A stretch of 64,000 nucleotides of DNA from a virus (lineage: Duplodnaviria > Caudoviricetes), in the IMG/VR virus record IMGVR_UViG_3300028591_000143, positions 33,589-97,588 of that record. One strand, given 5' to 3'. The notes beneath the pieces were generated by a model that made no database searches, was not told the origin of the DNA, and worked only from the letters and a program-made list of their open reading frames with translations. Of this stretch, positions 47,244 to 56,411 are shown piece by piece; the first letter of the stretch is position 1; every line of letters begins with the position of its first letter. Position numbers and translations under genes: made by a program.

Positions 47244-47696
47244 TTAGGAAGTATATTCTTCTCTCCCGTTAGTCATATTATTAGCCCAATCTTTCTTTTC
47301 ACGTCTTAGGGCCTGTTTCTTTGCATATCGTAGACGTTTATTATAGTGGTTTACTTCTTCAACCTCTTTCTGACGTTTATTAGTAGCACCTAGAGCAAGA
47401 GTACCAGCACCGATAGCAGCAGCAATAGCAACATTTTTTTTACCACCGCGTTTCACAAGTTTCTCGGCAATTCTTTTGGCTTCTCCTTTTCCTTTTTTTC
47501 TTATGATCTTACTGGCTATGTGTCCAGCAGCACCAGCACCAGCTCCTGCAATTGCTCCCGCACCAGCAGCACTCACAATCTTTCCGACTCCCGGTTTTTT
47601 CTTTTCTTCTTCAGCCAGGATATCCGAGTCTTTAGCTCTTTTTAGGTTGTCAGTATCATCCCACTTTGTAAAATTCTTAGTTCTTAGGATTAACAT
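47244..47696 (-). CDS. Short-leader glycine-zipper protein (paralogue of 31417)
   Basis: MLILRTKNF|TKWDDTDNLKRAKDSDILAEE. Confidence 0.8.
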   Translation of the reverse strand: MLILRTKNFTKWDDTDNLKRAKDSDILAEEEKKKPGVGKIVSAAGAGAIAGAGAGAAGHIASKIIRKKGKGEAKRIAEKLVKRGGKKNVAIAAAIGAGTLALGATNKRQKEVEEVNHYNKRLRYAKKQALRREKKDWANNMTNGREEYTS

Positions 47697-47808
47697 GATT
47701 TTAATGGGTTATACGTATTATTCTCGGAGTCTAATTCTTGTTTTGAATTTTCTACCCCTTCAGTAAATGTTTTTTCTTTAATATTTTCTTCGTCGTACAT
47801 AATAAAAG

Positions 47809-48132
47809 CTATTTCGGCATAGCTACAGGATCTACACCTTTTGATCTAGTTTTATATAATCCAACGTTTTTAGGAGTGTCTTCAAGGTTCTGCATTTTTT
47901 GGGTCTGAATTCTTGTTTTATCTTCATGCATATCCTTTTGCATCTCCATTTTCTGTAGTTGTTGGATTTGTTTCATTCTAGCCTTTGCCGCATCTGCCTC
48001 TATTTTTTGTTTTGTTCGTTGGTTAATCATGATCTGTCTTTGCATTCTCATATTTTCCAACTGTATATCTCTAGGGGTTAATTGCTGCGGTTCTTCTACG
48101 GCTGCAAATCTTTTCTGTCGTATTATTTTCAT
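47809..48132 (-). CDS. Leader-bearing coiled-coil protein
   Basis: MKIIRQKRF|A; Gln/Met-rich. Confidence 0.7.
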   Translation of the reverse strand: MKIIRQKRFAAVEEPQQLTPRDIQLENMRMQRQIMINQRTKQKIEADAAKARMKQIQQLQKMEMQKDMHEDKTRIQTQKMQNLEDTPKNVGLYKTRSKGVDPVAMPK

Positions 48133-49847
48133 ATACCAAGCCCTCCATTCTTTTGTTCTGGGGTTTGCTGCTGAAGAATAGACGGATCAATACCAAGTTG
48201 TTCAAGCTGACTATTAACTTTAGCTTTGGCAACTTGTATATATTGTTGTAAGGTCTCTTCGTTTATCAGATTCTCGGTATTCGGATCTATGTCTTTAAGC
48301 AGATTATGTACGTAAGTTAAGTATGCCTCAGGATCTATCAGAGGAGAAGCAAAGTCTAATGTTTGTAAGGAGGTTTGTAGGATATTTGAAATTCCCTGTA
48401 CCAAACCATTAATACTCTCACTCTGGTTGATCTGATTATTATATTCTACACTAGTCTTCTCTGATATGTGAAGTTTAATAAGTCCAGGATCAAGTTCATT
48501 CCCGTAAAGAGTAGAATATATAGCACAGACCAGATTAGTTACCGAATCCTTTATACCAGCCATAAAAGCAGCGACTCTAGAATTGGCTCGTTCAGATTGT
48601 TGGAGAACCTGCCATTTCGAGCCAGAAGTTGAGTCGATAATAGTGGCTGGAAGACCTAAAGGACCAAGAACATTATTTTTACATTGGTCTAAGGTCTGCA
48701 TAATGTCTAGAAGCTTATCACTCAACTTATCTAACGGCAACATACTATTCTTTCCGCCGAGTGTTGAGTTATAATCCGGAATAAATTTGGCAGACTGGGT
48801 TAGAGTATTTTCTATAAAGCTGACAACATCGAATTGAGAGGTTAAGAAAGAACTTATCTCATTCGTATTATTAGCCAGTTTTGTAGCTCTAGCACACAAT
48901 TCATTAGCAGTTTCGAGGGGTACTGATTTATCGAACTGAAGGAGGAATAATTGGACGGAAGTAAGATCACGTAAAGAAATAAGAGAAACTAGCAATTCTT
49001 TAATCACTAATTCCTTCACTTTTATAATCAAACTATAAAATAACGGTTCTGATGCCATATACGACTCTTTTCTCGTTACTTTATCTCGTGTTCCTTTCTG
49101 TCCCTTCCCATCTTTCGGCTTCTCTAACCACTTCTTATTTTTATCTTTCCAATCCGGCGCAAGATCATTCACTAGACGAAGATTTGAAGAAGCTATATAG
49201 ATCATTTCTCGCTTTGGGATCTCATAAATTACATTGTCTTCACCCCTTGCTAAAAATACTTCCTCTGTATCCTCTCCCTCTTCTCCACGCTTTCTTTTTA
49301 TAACAACAGACAAAGGATCAAATAACTCTTCTACCCTAAATCTCTGGTGTCCAAGCTCATCCCTCGTAGTTCTTAACATACTATAATAACCTCCATAAAA
49401 GACATAATCCTGTATATGATCTCGTATAAAATCAAATATTCGTATATCTTTTACTAAGACATCATTAATTCTCTGAGTTTTAGTTTCATCCTTATTTCCT
49501 TCCTCATCTAAAATCGTAACTAGCTGAGCTCCATTAGAATCATCAGCTAAAAAGTTTATTATATAATCAGCAAAGAAATTAGTAGCTAACTTCGAAATAT
49601 CTAAAAGCTGATAACCTTTTAACTCCGACATTTTCTCATAATAAGACGATAATCGGGATGAGGGCATGTAATTTCCTAATAATGGCGACTTTCTATCCAT
49701 ATTATCAAAAATTCTGGATTGAGTAGTGCCACCTATAGGAGAATATCCACTAGAACCATAAACGTTAGACCTTAGTGCAAAACGTCCCGATCCTAAAGCA
49801 AATGACCCGAATATCTTTTGTACTAGGTTTTCGTTTTCTCTCTTCAT
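48129..49847 (-). CDS. Putative portal protein
   Basis: 572 aa; first gene of head operon; DYVFYGGYY and LGPLGLPATII motifs. Confidence 0.7.
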   Translation of the reverse strand: MKRENENLVQKIFGSFALGSGRFALRSNVYGSSGYSPIGGTTQSRIFDNMDRKSPLLGNYMPSSRLSSYYEKMSELKGYQLLDISKLATNFFADYIINFLADDSNGAQLVTILDEEGNKDETKTQRINDVLVKDIRIFDFIRDHIQDYVFYGGYYSMLRTTRDELGHQRFRVEELFDPLSVVIKRKRGEEGEDTEEVFLARGEDNVIYEIPKREMIYIASSNLRLVNDLAPDWKDKNKKWLEKPKDGKGQKGTRDKVTRKESYMASEPLFYSLIIKVKELVIKELLVSLISLRDLTSVQLFLLQFDKSVPLETANELCARATKLANNTNEISSFLTSQFDVVSFIENTLTQSAKFIPDYNSTLGGKNSMLPLDKLSDKLLDIMQTLDQCKNNVLGPLGLPATIIDSTSGSKWQVLQQSERANSRVAAFMAGIKDSVTNLVCAIYSTLYGNELDPGLIKLHISEKTSVEYNNQINQSESINGLVQGISNILQTSLQTLDFASPLIDPEAYLTYVHNLLKDIDPNTENLINEETLQQYIQVAKAKVNSQLEQLGIDPSILQQQTPEQKNGGLGI

Positions 49848-49936
49848 AATTTAATTCCATATAATTTTTAAGGACTCACACAAATTTAATAGAGAGTCCG
49901 GTTAAAATAAAATGTAAAGAACAGCAATTTTCTCTA

Positions 49937-49953
49937 CATATATAAGGGTTTGA
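49937..49953 (-). promoter_or_regulatory. Phage promoter-like motif upstream of virion operon
   Basis: TCAAACCCTTATATATG, identical to 16455-16471. Confidence 0.6.
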
Positions 49954-50153
49954 TAAAAAAGTGGGTAAAATAAGTGGTCGGAAGCGTTTTGTTAATTAAA
50001 AAAATCCCTAAAAATCACTAAAAATACCCCCAAAAAACCAAAAATAAGTGGTCGTAAAAAATTGAGGGTCTGGAATGGGAGTGGAATGGGAATTTAAACT
50101 TGCTCTAAAATAAAGTTTAGCGAAGCGATCTAAACTTGAATATAGAGCGAATG

Positions 50154-50361
50154 AAGGGTGAGAGAAGGCCTTCCCGGGGCCACAATCCTATTTCGCTCAG
50201 TCTGACGACTTTCGCTACATTAACGGATTGAACCCCTTCTCTCACTCACTTTCTATCTCCTCCTAAAAAATCCTAAACCTCGAGTGTCTCTCGGTTTTTA
50301 ACGGATTTTTCTTAACGGAGGAGGAAAGAAAGAATTTTAGAATGAGACCCCTATTGATTTT
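50154..50361 (+). repeat. Structured element, copy 2 (upstream of helicase)
   Basis: Inverted copy of 257-432 with a ~30-nt insertion. Confidence 0.9.
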
Positions 50362-50575
50362 ATGGAAAAAGGGAAAGGGTACTTACATATATAGTGACGT
50401 AAGTTTTTTAGATTGAAATTGGGAAAATGCAGTTATAATGACATAAAAACCTAATAAATGAAAAGTTAAAGTTATCCATTCCAGACCACTCCAAAATAGG
50501 TCTGGAATGGGGATAAAATAGGAAAGAATAATATAACGTAGATTTGTAATAATCTGCAAAATAAAATAAATTGAT

Positions 50576-52666
50576 ATGACAGAATATGATGATTTTAATG
50601 AAATGGATAGTAAAATGAATATTATCCATATTGATGTTCCGGAGGGTATTGAGTATATAAGTGAATGGAAAGAATATACATTACCTCCAGAACATTCTAT
50701 TTTAGATAAAACTATTTGTGGTTGTGGTTTTACCGAATATTGTCTTAATAATAATATTCCAACTATTTTATGTTCTCCCAGAAAGAAATTATTAGAGAAT
50801 AAAGAAGAACAACATAATAGTGAAGAAGGTAGAAAAAGAGGGTTAAGTTGGGTGTATTATTTTAGAAATGACTATGAGAATAACATAGAATTTGATGGTA
50901 GTAAAGAAATAAACACTCCCTTCGGTAGATCTTCATCCAACTTTCTTTCAGAAATTCAAACACAAGAGAATTTAGATGAGATAGAGAAAGATAAGAGGGT
51001 GATGTATATAAGTAAGATAAAGAATGAGTTAAGAGAATATGTTTGGAATTGTAAAGAAAATAATACTCCCTTTAAAATTATTGTAACTTATGACTCCCTT
51101 TATCATGTCCTTAGTGTATTATCTAACTATTACTCCTCTGATGAATTTTATTGTATTGTAGACGAATTCCAATCAATTTTCATGGATGCCTCATTCAAAG
51201 CTACCGTTGAATTAGATTTTGTAGAGGATTTAAAGTTATGTAAAAATGTTCTTTACCTATCAGCTACGCCAATGTTAGAGAAGTATCTCATTCAATTAGA
51301 GGAATTTAAAAATCTACCTATGTATAAGCTTATTTGGCCTGAAAATAGAATAGAAAAGGTTAGAACAGAACTTAGGGTAGTGAGAAGTATAAATAATGAA
51401 ATAAAAGAATTGGTGGAAGATTATAGAAATGGTAAAGGAAAAGAAAAAGTATTACCCACCGGAGAAATCAAATACTCCAGAGAACTTGTTATCTTTGTCA
51501 ATTCTATCAAATCCATCTGTGATATAATAAAGAAATGCAACCTAACTCCTGATGAAACTAATATTATTTGTGCTGATTCTGGAAAAAATATAAAAGCCCT
51601 AAAAAAAGTTAAACATCAAGTTGGTAATATTCCTACTTATGGTCAATATCACAAAATGTTTACTTTATGTACAAGAACAACATACTTGGGTGCTGATTTT
51701 TACTCTACTAATGCTTTTACTGTAGTCTGTTCGGACTGCAATATCCAAACTATGACTGTTGATATCTCTTTAGATTTACCACAAATTTTAGGTAGACAGA
51801 GATTAAAAGAGAATGTGTTTAGGAATGAAGCTCTACTATTATACAAAGCAGAGACAAAAAAGATGGCTATAATAAATGAAGATAGACTGGTAAATGATGA
51901 AAAAGTAAAAGAAAAAGAAGAGAAAACACTAGAAATGCTGAAAGGATATGAAACGATGACAGATATCCAAAAGGAATTATGTGCAGAAAAGTGGGCTAGG
52001 GATGATAAATTATATGAGAAAGATTATATAGGTGTTTCTAAGCGTACAGGAAAAGCAACATTTAATTTCCTAGTTAAAATAGCTGATCAAAGAGCTTATG
52101 ATGTTTCCCGGAGAGAATATATAGATGAGATAACAATTAAAAGAGGAATTGAGAGTATAGGTAGTGCAAACGTAGTAGTAAATGAAAAAGATAATATTAC
52201 AGAAGCCATTAAATATTTTAGAGAGGAGTTTAATAGAGATAATAATTTTGTTAGGAGAATGAAGATGTTATGTGATTGTTATTTTGCCGATTCTAATTTC
52301 TTTACTGACTATGACAAAATCTTACAAACTATTATTCCTAGAGAATACTACAATTATATTAATCTTCTTGGTTTTGAGAGAATTAGAGCATTAAAGTACC
52401 AAGAATTAGATATACAAAGAGAAATAGTAAATATTGATTTCCTCAAAAAAACCTCTCTTCCATCTCTCTTTATTGTTGGTTCAAGGTATTCTAAGAAACA
52501 AATAAAAGAAATGTTAAGAAAATATTATGAAGAGAATAATATAACCAAAACTCCGAAGGCTACTGATCTTGGAGAATATTTTAATCTTAAACCTATTAAA
52601 TTAAAATTAGACGATGAATGGGAACATGGCTTTGAAATAATAAGTTTAAAGGAGGAAAGTGTATGA
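50576..52666 (+). CDS. SF2 helicase-like protein (paralogue of 14261..16354)
   Basis: CGCGFT, VTYDS, IVDEFQ, LSATP, TRTTYLGADF, QILGRQR; C-terminal KTPKATDLGEYF. Confidence 0.85.
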   Translation: MTEYDDFNEMDSKMNIIHIDVPEGIEYISEWKEYTLPPEHSILDKTICGCGFTEYCLNNNIPTILCSPRKKLLENKEEQHNSEEGRKRGLSWVYYFRNDYENNIEFDGSKEINTPFGRSSSNFLSEIQTQENLDEIEKDKRVMYISKIKNELREYVWNCKENNTPFKIIVTYDSLYHVLSVLSNYYSSDEFYCIVDEFQSIFMDASFKATVELDFVEDLKLCKNVLYLSATPMLEKYLIQLEEFKNLPMYKLIWPENRIEKVRTELRVVRSINNEIKELVEDYRNGKGKEKVLPTGEIKYSRELVIFVNSIKSICDIIKKCNLTPDETNIICADSGKNIKALKKVKHQVGNIPTYGQYHKMFTLCTRTTYLGADFYSTNAFTVVCSDCNIQTMTVDISLDLPQILGRQRLKENVFRNEALLLYKAETKKMAIINEDRLVNDEKVKEKEEKTLEMLKGYETMTDIQKELCAEKWARDDKLYEKDYIGVSKRTGKATFNFLVKIADQRAYDVSRREYIDEITIKRGIESIGSANVVVNEKDNITEAIKYFREEFNRDNNFVRRMKMLCDCYFADSNFFTDYDKILQTIIPREYYNYINLLGFERIRALKYQELDIQREIVNIDFLKKTSLPSLFIVGSRYSKKQIKEMLRKYYEENNITKTPKATDLGEYFNLKPIKLKLDDEWEHGFEIISLKEESV

Positions 52667-53691
52667 TTTATGTAATGAGAAGTGCAGCTTTTAAGGGTGA
52701 CAGCTATGAAACTATAATAAAAATAGGATATACTGGAGAGAAATCAAAGAAGTCTAGATTTGACTCATACTTAACAGAAAATCCTACCATAAAGGTTCTT
52801 TACTTAATTCCTTACGGTACAACTAGGGACGAGAAGAATTTACATAGACATTTTAAACAGTATCTTCTTTACGGTAATGAATGGTTTAAAGATGTCCCAG
52901 AGATAATTGAATTCTTTGAAAACCATAAAACCAAAGAATCATTAAAAGAATTAGAGATGTGGAAATTATCAAGTGTTCAAAGAAGGAAAAGTTCTGAAAA
53001 TAGAAGGGATAATAAAGATAAAATTCCTCTTATTAATGTTTCTGTTAATATTATACTAAGAGGAGAATTAGATAGAAAAAGAATAAAAGAACTTGAATGC
53101 TATTTGTGGTATAGATTAGATGATTTTTGGGATATTATAAGGGAAGAGTTTGGTGAGTATGAGGAAGAAATAAGAAGAGGTATAGAAGACATAAACATAG
53201 AGATTAATAATTCTAATGCCTATACAGAAATATATGATCATCTTATATCCGAGTTTAATAAAGATAATGATTTTACACGAAGGATGAAGATGTTATGTGA
53301 TTGTTATTTCGAGAATCCTGAATTTTTTACTGATTATGCTAAAACTCTTCAAACAATTATTCCTTTAACTTATCAAAACTACATAAATACTCTAGGTTTT
53401 AAGAAGATAAGAGCCTTAAAATATCAAGAATTAGATATACAAAGGGAGATATCAATATATCAGTCTCTTAATCCCACATCAATTATGTCCCTTTTTAGTA
53501 TTGGATCGAAATACTCTACTCAAGTAATAAAAGGGTTGTTAAGGAAGTATTATGAAGAGAATAATATAACTAAAACTCCTAAAGCATCTGATCTAGAAAA
53601 TTATTTTAATCTTCGTCCCTGTCAATTTATAGACAAAGAATTAGGAAAAAAGGTTAATGGATTTGAAATTATTGGTTTAAAGGAGAAATAA
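52663..53691 (+). CDS. GIY-YIG-like (T5orf172-type) nuclease fused to the helicase C-terminal domain
   Basis: IYVM…KIGYT…R…NP…EKNLH..F…GNEWF; C-terminal half closely matches the end of 50576. Confidence 0.8.
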   Translation: MIYVMRSAAFKGDSYETIIKIGYTGEKSKKSRFDSYLTENPTIKVLYLIPYGTTRDEKNLHRHFKQYLLYGNEWFKDVPEIIEFFENHKTKESLKELEMWKLSSVQRRKSSENRRDNKDKIPLINVSVNIILRGELDRKRIKELECYLWYRLDDFWDIIREEFGEYEEEIRRGIEDINIEINNSNAYTEIYDHLISEFNKDNDFTRRMKMLCDCYFENPEFFTDYAKTLQTIIPLTYQNYINTLGFKKIRALKYQELDIQREISIYQSLNPTSIMSLFSIGSKYSTQVIKGLLRKYYEENNITKTPKASDLENYFNLRPCQFIDKELGKKVNGFEIIGLKEK

Positions 53692-53892
53692 TAAAACCCT
53701 TATAAATAAAGTTGATTTATTTAATATGATAATAAGATCATTTATTATGGACAAAATAAACGAAAACAACTTAAATTCAAGAAAACAATGAGCTGGGAAG
53801 ATAAATGTAAAATGGTATCACTGCTTAATGAAAGAAATTATAAAGAAGCAAAGGCTCGCTACTCTTAACAAACCACTTAAATCCGATAAATA

Positions 53893-54273
53893 ATGACAGA
53901 CCGAGAAAAAATATTAGCCGAGATTGAACGGCTGAAAGCGAACTATGTTCCGAAAGTAAATGAAGAATATAGAGGGTTTGCTGAACATCTCTTGGATATT
54001 ATAATTGATGACATCAACTCCCTCCCCGTCAAATATCAGAGTGAGGACTTAGATGTAGAGATCAACCTCAAATACAAAAGCAATAATGCACTTATGATGC
54101 CAATTGGGGATTTTCGAGAGTTAATTCTTCACTTTACCGACTGGCAGAAATCTCGGGTTATCAACGAGGCTTGTGAGTGGCTTCAAAAACACATAAATGA
54201 TTACCTCGTGCATGGTCGTGATATTGACTTTTTGTACGATGACTTTAAAAAAGCAATGGAAAAGGAGGACTAA
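53893..54273 (+). CDS. Hypothetical protein
   Basis: Shares SEDL…DWQK..I..ACEWL…DFKKAME with 54276. Confidence 0.75.
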   Translation: MTDREKILAEIERLKANYVPKVNEEYRGFAEHLLDIIIDDINSLPVKYQSEDLDVEINLKYKSNNALMMPIGDFRELILHFTDWQKSRVINEACEWLQKHINDYLVHGRDIDFLYDDFKKAMEKED

Positions 54274-54275
54274 AA

Positions 54276-54641
54276 ATGACAGACCAAGAAATAATTTATA
54301 AAGCAATTAGTGAAGTGGTAAATACAGATAAACCAAGTGAATTTGCTGCTCACAATAGCACATGCTATACTATCGCCAAATATGTGTGCGAAAAGTTACG
54401 GGAAGAACTAAACCCACTCCCAACCGAGCAGCCGAGCGAGGACTTAGAATATCTTGCTACGTCTTTAGAAGAGACTATTGGCACATCACCTCATTCAAGA
54501 GAAACAATTATCTCTTATCTGCAACAAGCTGCCGACTGGCAGAAAAAGAGAATAATTGATAAAGCTTGTGAGTGGCTAAGGATGTGCGTTGATGTGGCTA
54601 ATCAGATTGTGGAAGACTTTAAAAAAGCAATGGAAGAATAA
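54276..54641 (+). CDS. Hypothetical protein
   Basis: Paralogous C-terminus with 53893. Confidence 0.75.
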   Translation: MTDQEIIYKAISEVVNTDKPSEFAAHNSTCYTIAKYVCEKLREELNPLPTEQPSEDLEYLATSLEETIGTSPHSRETIISYLQQAADWQKKRIIDKACEWLRMCVDVANQIVEDFKKAMEE

Positions 54642-54643
54642 AA

Positions 54644-55069
54644 ATGAGTAGAGAGATACTTTTCAGAGCCCGACGCCTTGACAACGGGGAGTGGGTTTAC
54701 GGAGATTTATACCATCAAAAGATATGTGGCAGAATCTCGCCTACTATCCATACCACGGATTATACTGGAGGTTGTGTTATTCCGGAAACCATTGGGCAGT
54801 ACACGGGGCTGATCGACAAAAATGGCAACAAGATTTTTGTGGGTGACATAATAAAATGCAACAACATGATTGAAGGGTATAAGTATATCGGTCTTGTTGA
54901 TTGGGACAAGTGCAACCCATCAATGTGTATCCGTTACAAATCCAAAGGCCGGGTTATCCATGTAGAATACGACTTTATCCATTGTGGGAATATGATTATA
55001 GAGCTTTTGGGAAACATCCACAACAACCCCGAACTGTGGAAGAATGCAAATTTTCATAAAACAAAATAA
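54644..55069 (+). CDS. YopX family protein
   Basis: REILFRA…WVYG…GQYTGLIDKNGNKIF.GDI…GNIHNNPEL. Confidence 0.9.
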   Translation: MSREILFRARRLDNGEWVYGDLYHQKICGRISPTIHTTDYTGGCVIPETIGQYTGLIDKNGNKIFVGDIIKCNNMIEGYKYIGLVDWDKCNPSMCIRYKSKGRVIHVEYDFIHCGNMIIELLGNIHNNPELWKNANFHKTK

Positions 55070-55081
55070 TAGGAGATAAAA

Positions 55082-55486
55082 ATGAGTATACAAGAAGAAA
55101 AACAATTAGTATTAAGAGATCTTTGTGCAAGAGTTCCGCATTCTCAGTTTGTAGATATAGACGGAGAGATTAAAAAATTAATAGCTATATCTAATACTTT
55201 TATCCATTTTTCAGATCTTACTGATGATGATTTAGACGGTATTTTTGATCTTGACTGTTGTGTTGTTAAACCCTATCTTCGTCCAATGTCTTCTATGACG
55301 GAGGAAGAGAAGAAAACTTATGAATCATTTATTATTGGTATTTCGAGTGATGAAACTGGTGCTTGGGAATTAACTGATTGGCTCAATAAGAATCACTTTG
55401 ATTATCGTGGGTTAATTGAGAGGGACCTAGCGAAGCCATTGGAAGAGATAAACAATAAATCAGAACAAAAAAAATCTAATCAATGA
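55082..55486 (+). CDS. Hypothetical protein
   Basis: KPYLRPMSSMTEEE…DWLNKNHFDYRGLIE; related to 59024. Confidence 0.75.
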   Translation: MSIQEEKQLVLRDLCARVPHSQFVDIDGEIKKLIAISNTFIHFSDLTDDDLDGIFDLDCCVVKPYLRPMSSMTEEEKKTYESFIIGISSDETGAWELTDWLNKNHFDYRGLIERDLAKPLEEINNKSEQKKSNQ

Positions 55487-55830
55487 GGACAATACTTTTT
55501 AGGGCTAGATGCATTAATAATGGACAGTGGGTTTATGGATACTACTCATGTGATAGTGGTAAGTATCATTTTATTAAATCCATTGATGATTACCTTGATT
55601 ATCGTATTGATCCATATACTCTTGGGCAGTATACAGGATTAATAGATAAGGATGGAAATAAGATCTTTGAGGGTGATATTATACAGTTCTATAAAACATC
55701 TGCTTATGTAATCTTCAGGAGTGGTGAGTTTTGTGCTATTGATAATAATAATACTGGCTATTTTATTATTCAGAGTGATGTTAGAATTATCGGAAATATT
55801 CATGATAACGAAGAATTATTAGATAAATAG
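55483..55830 (+). CDS. YopX family protein
   Basis: RTILFRA…GQYTGLIDKDGNKIFEGDI…IIGNIHDNEELL. Confidence 0.9.
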   Translation: MRTILFRARCINNGQWVYGYYSCDSGKYHFIKSIDDYLDYRIDPYTLGQYTGLIDKDGNKIFEGDIIQFYKTSAYVIFRSGEFCAIDNNNTGYFIIQSDVRIIGNIHDNEELLDK

Positions 55831-55854
55831 AAACCCCTCAAATCCTTATATATG
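55831..55854 (+). promoter_or_regulatory. Phage promoter-like motif upstream of tRNA-Leu
   Basis: AAACCCCTCAAATCCTTATATATG. Confidence 0.6.
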
Positions 55855-55913
55855 TGAAGAAATTATTTATGTTCTTTGCATTAGAGAATAAGAAAATGAC
55901 ATTAAGTTGTGAT

Positions 55914-55999
55914 GCTCTGGTGATGGAATGGTAGACATGAGGGACTTAAAATCCCTTGCCTGTAAAGGCGTGTGGGTTCAACTCCCACCCGGAGTACCA
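55914..55999 (+). tRNA. tRNA-Leu(TAA)
   Basis: Cloverleaf with long variable arm; loop CT-TAA-AA; encoded CCA. Confidence 0.95.
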
Positions 56000-56005
56000 T
56001 TATAT

Positions 56006-56033
56006 AAAATACTACTGCTAAAGTAGTATTTTT
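56006..56033 (+). terminator. Terminator
   Basis: AATACTACT/AGTAGTATT plus T run. Confidence 0.6.
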
Positions 56034-56053
56034 CTCATTTCCTTATATATGTT

Positions 56054-56260
56054 ATGAAAAAATTAATGAAATCTGTAGTAATTAATACTTGGTGTGGTAT
56101 ACCAGATAATTTGAAGGATGTCAACGATGATGAGGATTGGTGGGTAACCCAATTTCATTTTCTACCATTCATTATGTATCAACTATGTGACGAAAATAAA
56201 ATAATCTTTGGGTGGTTGTTTTGGTCTGTATCAATAAGATGGCCCCGTAGAGATGAATAG
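56054..56260 (+). CDS. Small Trp-rich hypothetical protein
   Basis: 68 aa directly after promoter-like motif at 56041. Confidence 0.6.
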   Translation: MKKLMKSVVINTWCGIPDNLKDVNDDEDWWVTQFHFLPFIMYQLCDENKIIFGWLFWSVSIRWPRRDE

Positions 56261-56411
56261 GTTAAATAAAAAGTTAAAGAATTATATTAGATTATACTGA
56301 AGAAGATCAACTCCATCATGGAGAAAGATGTAAAATACTATTAAGAGATTAGTAGTATTTTTTTTTCGCCTTTATTTCCTTATATTTGAAATAAAAAAAT
56401 TAAAAGAAAAT

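Noticed and set aside
30370-47696. Bacteriocin gene cluster
   Set aside because: Leaders end in F/Y rather than Gly-Gly; no transporter or immunity genes; motif is shared with capsid and scaffold
2669-49303. Numerous plus-strand ORFs within the virion module
   Set aside because: Antisense shadows of longer minus-strand genes, with no recognisable motifs
257-50361. Inverted repeats as ends of a 50-kb transposon or invertible segment
   Set aside because: No recombinase or transposase seen; better explained as an element tied to each helicase paralogue, though inversion by recombination cannot be excluded
50408-50629. 73-aa minus ORF (also 516..809)
   Set aside because: Overlaps a regulatory repeat region or a better-supported gene
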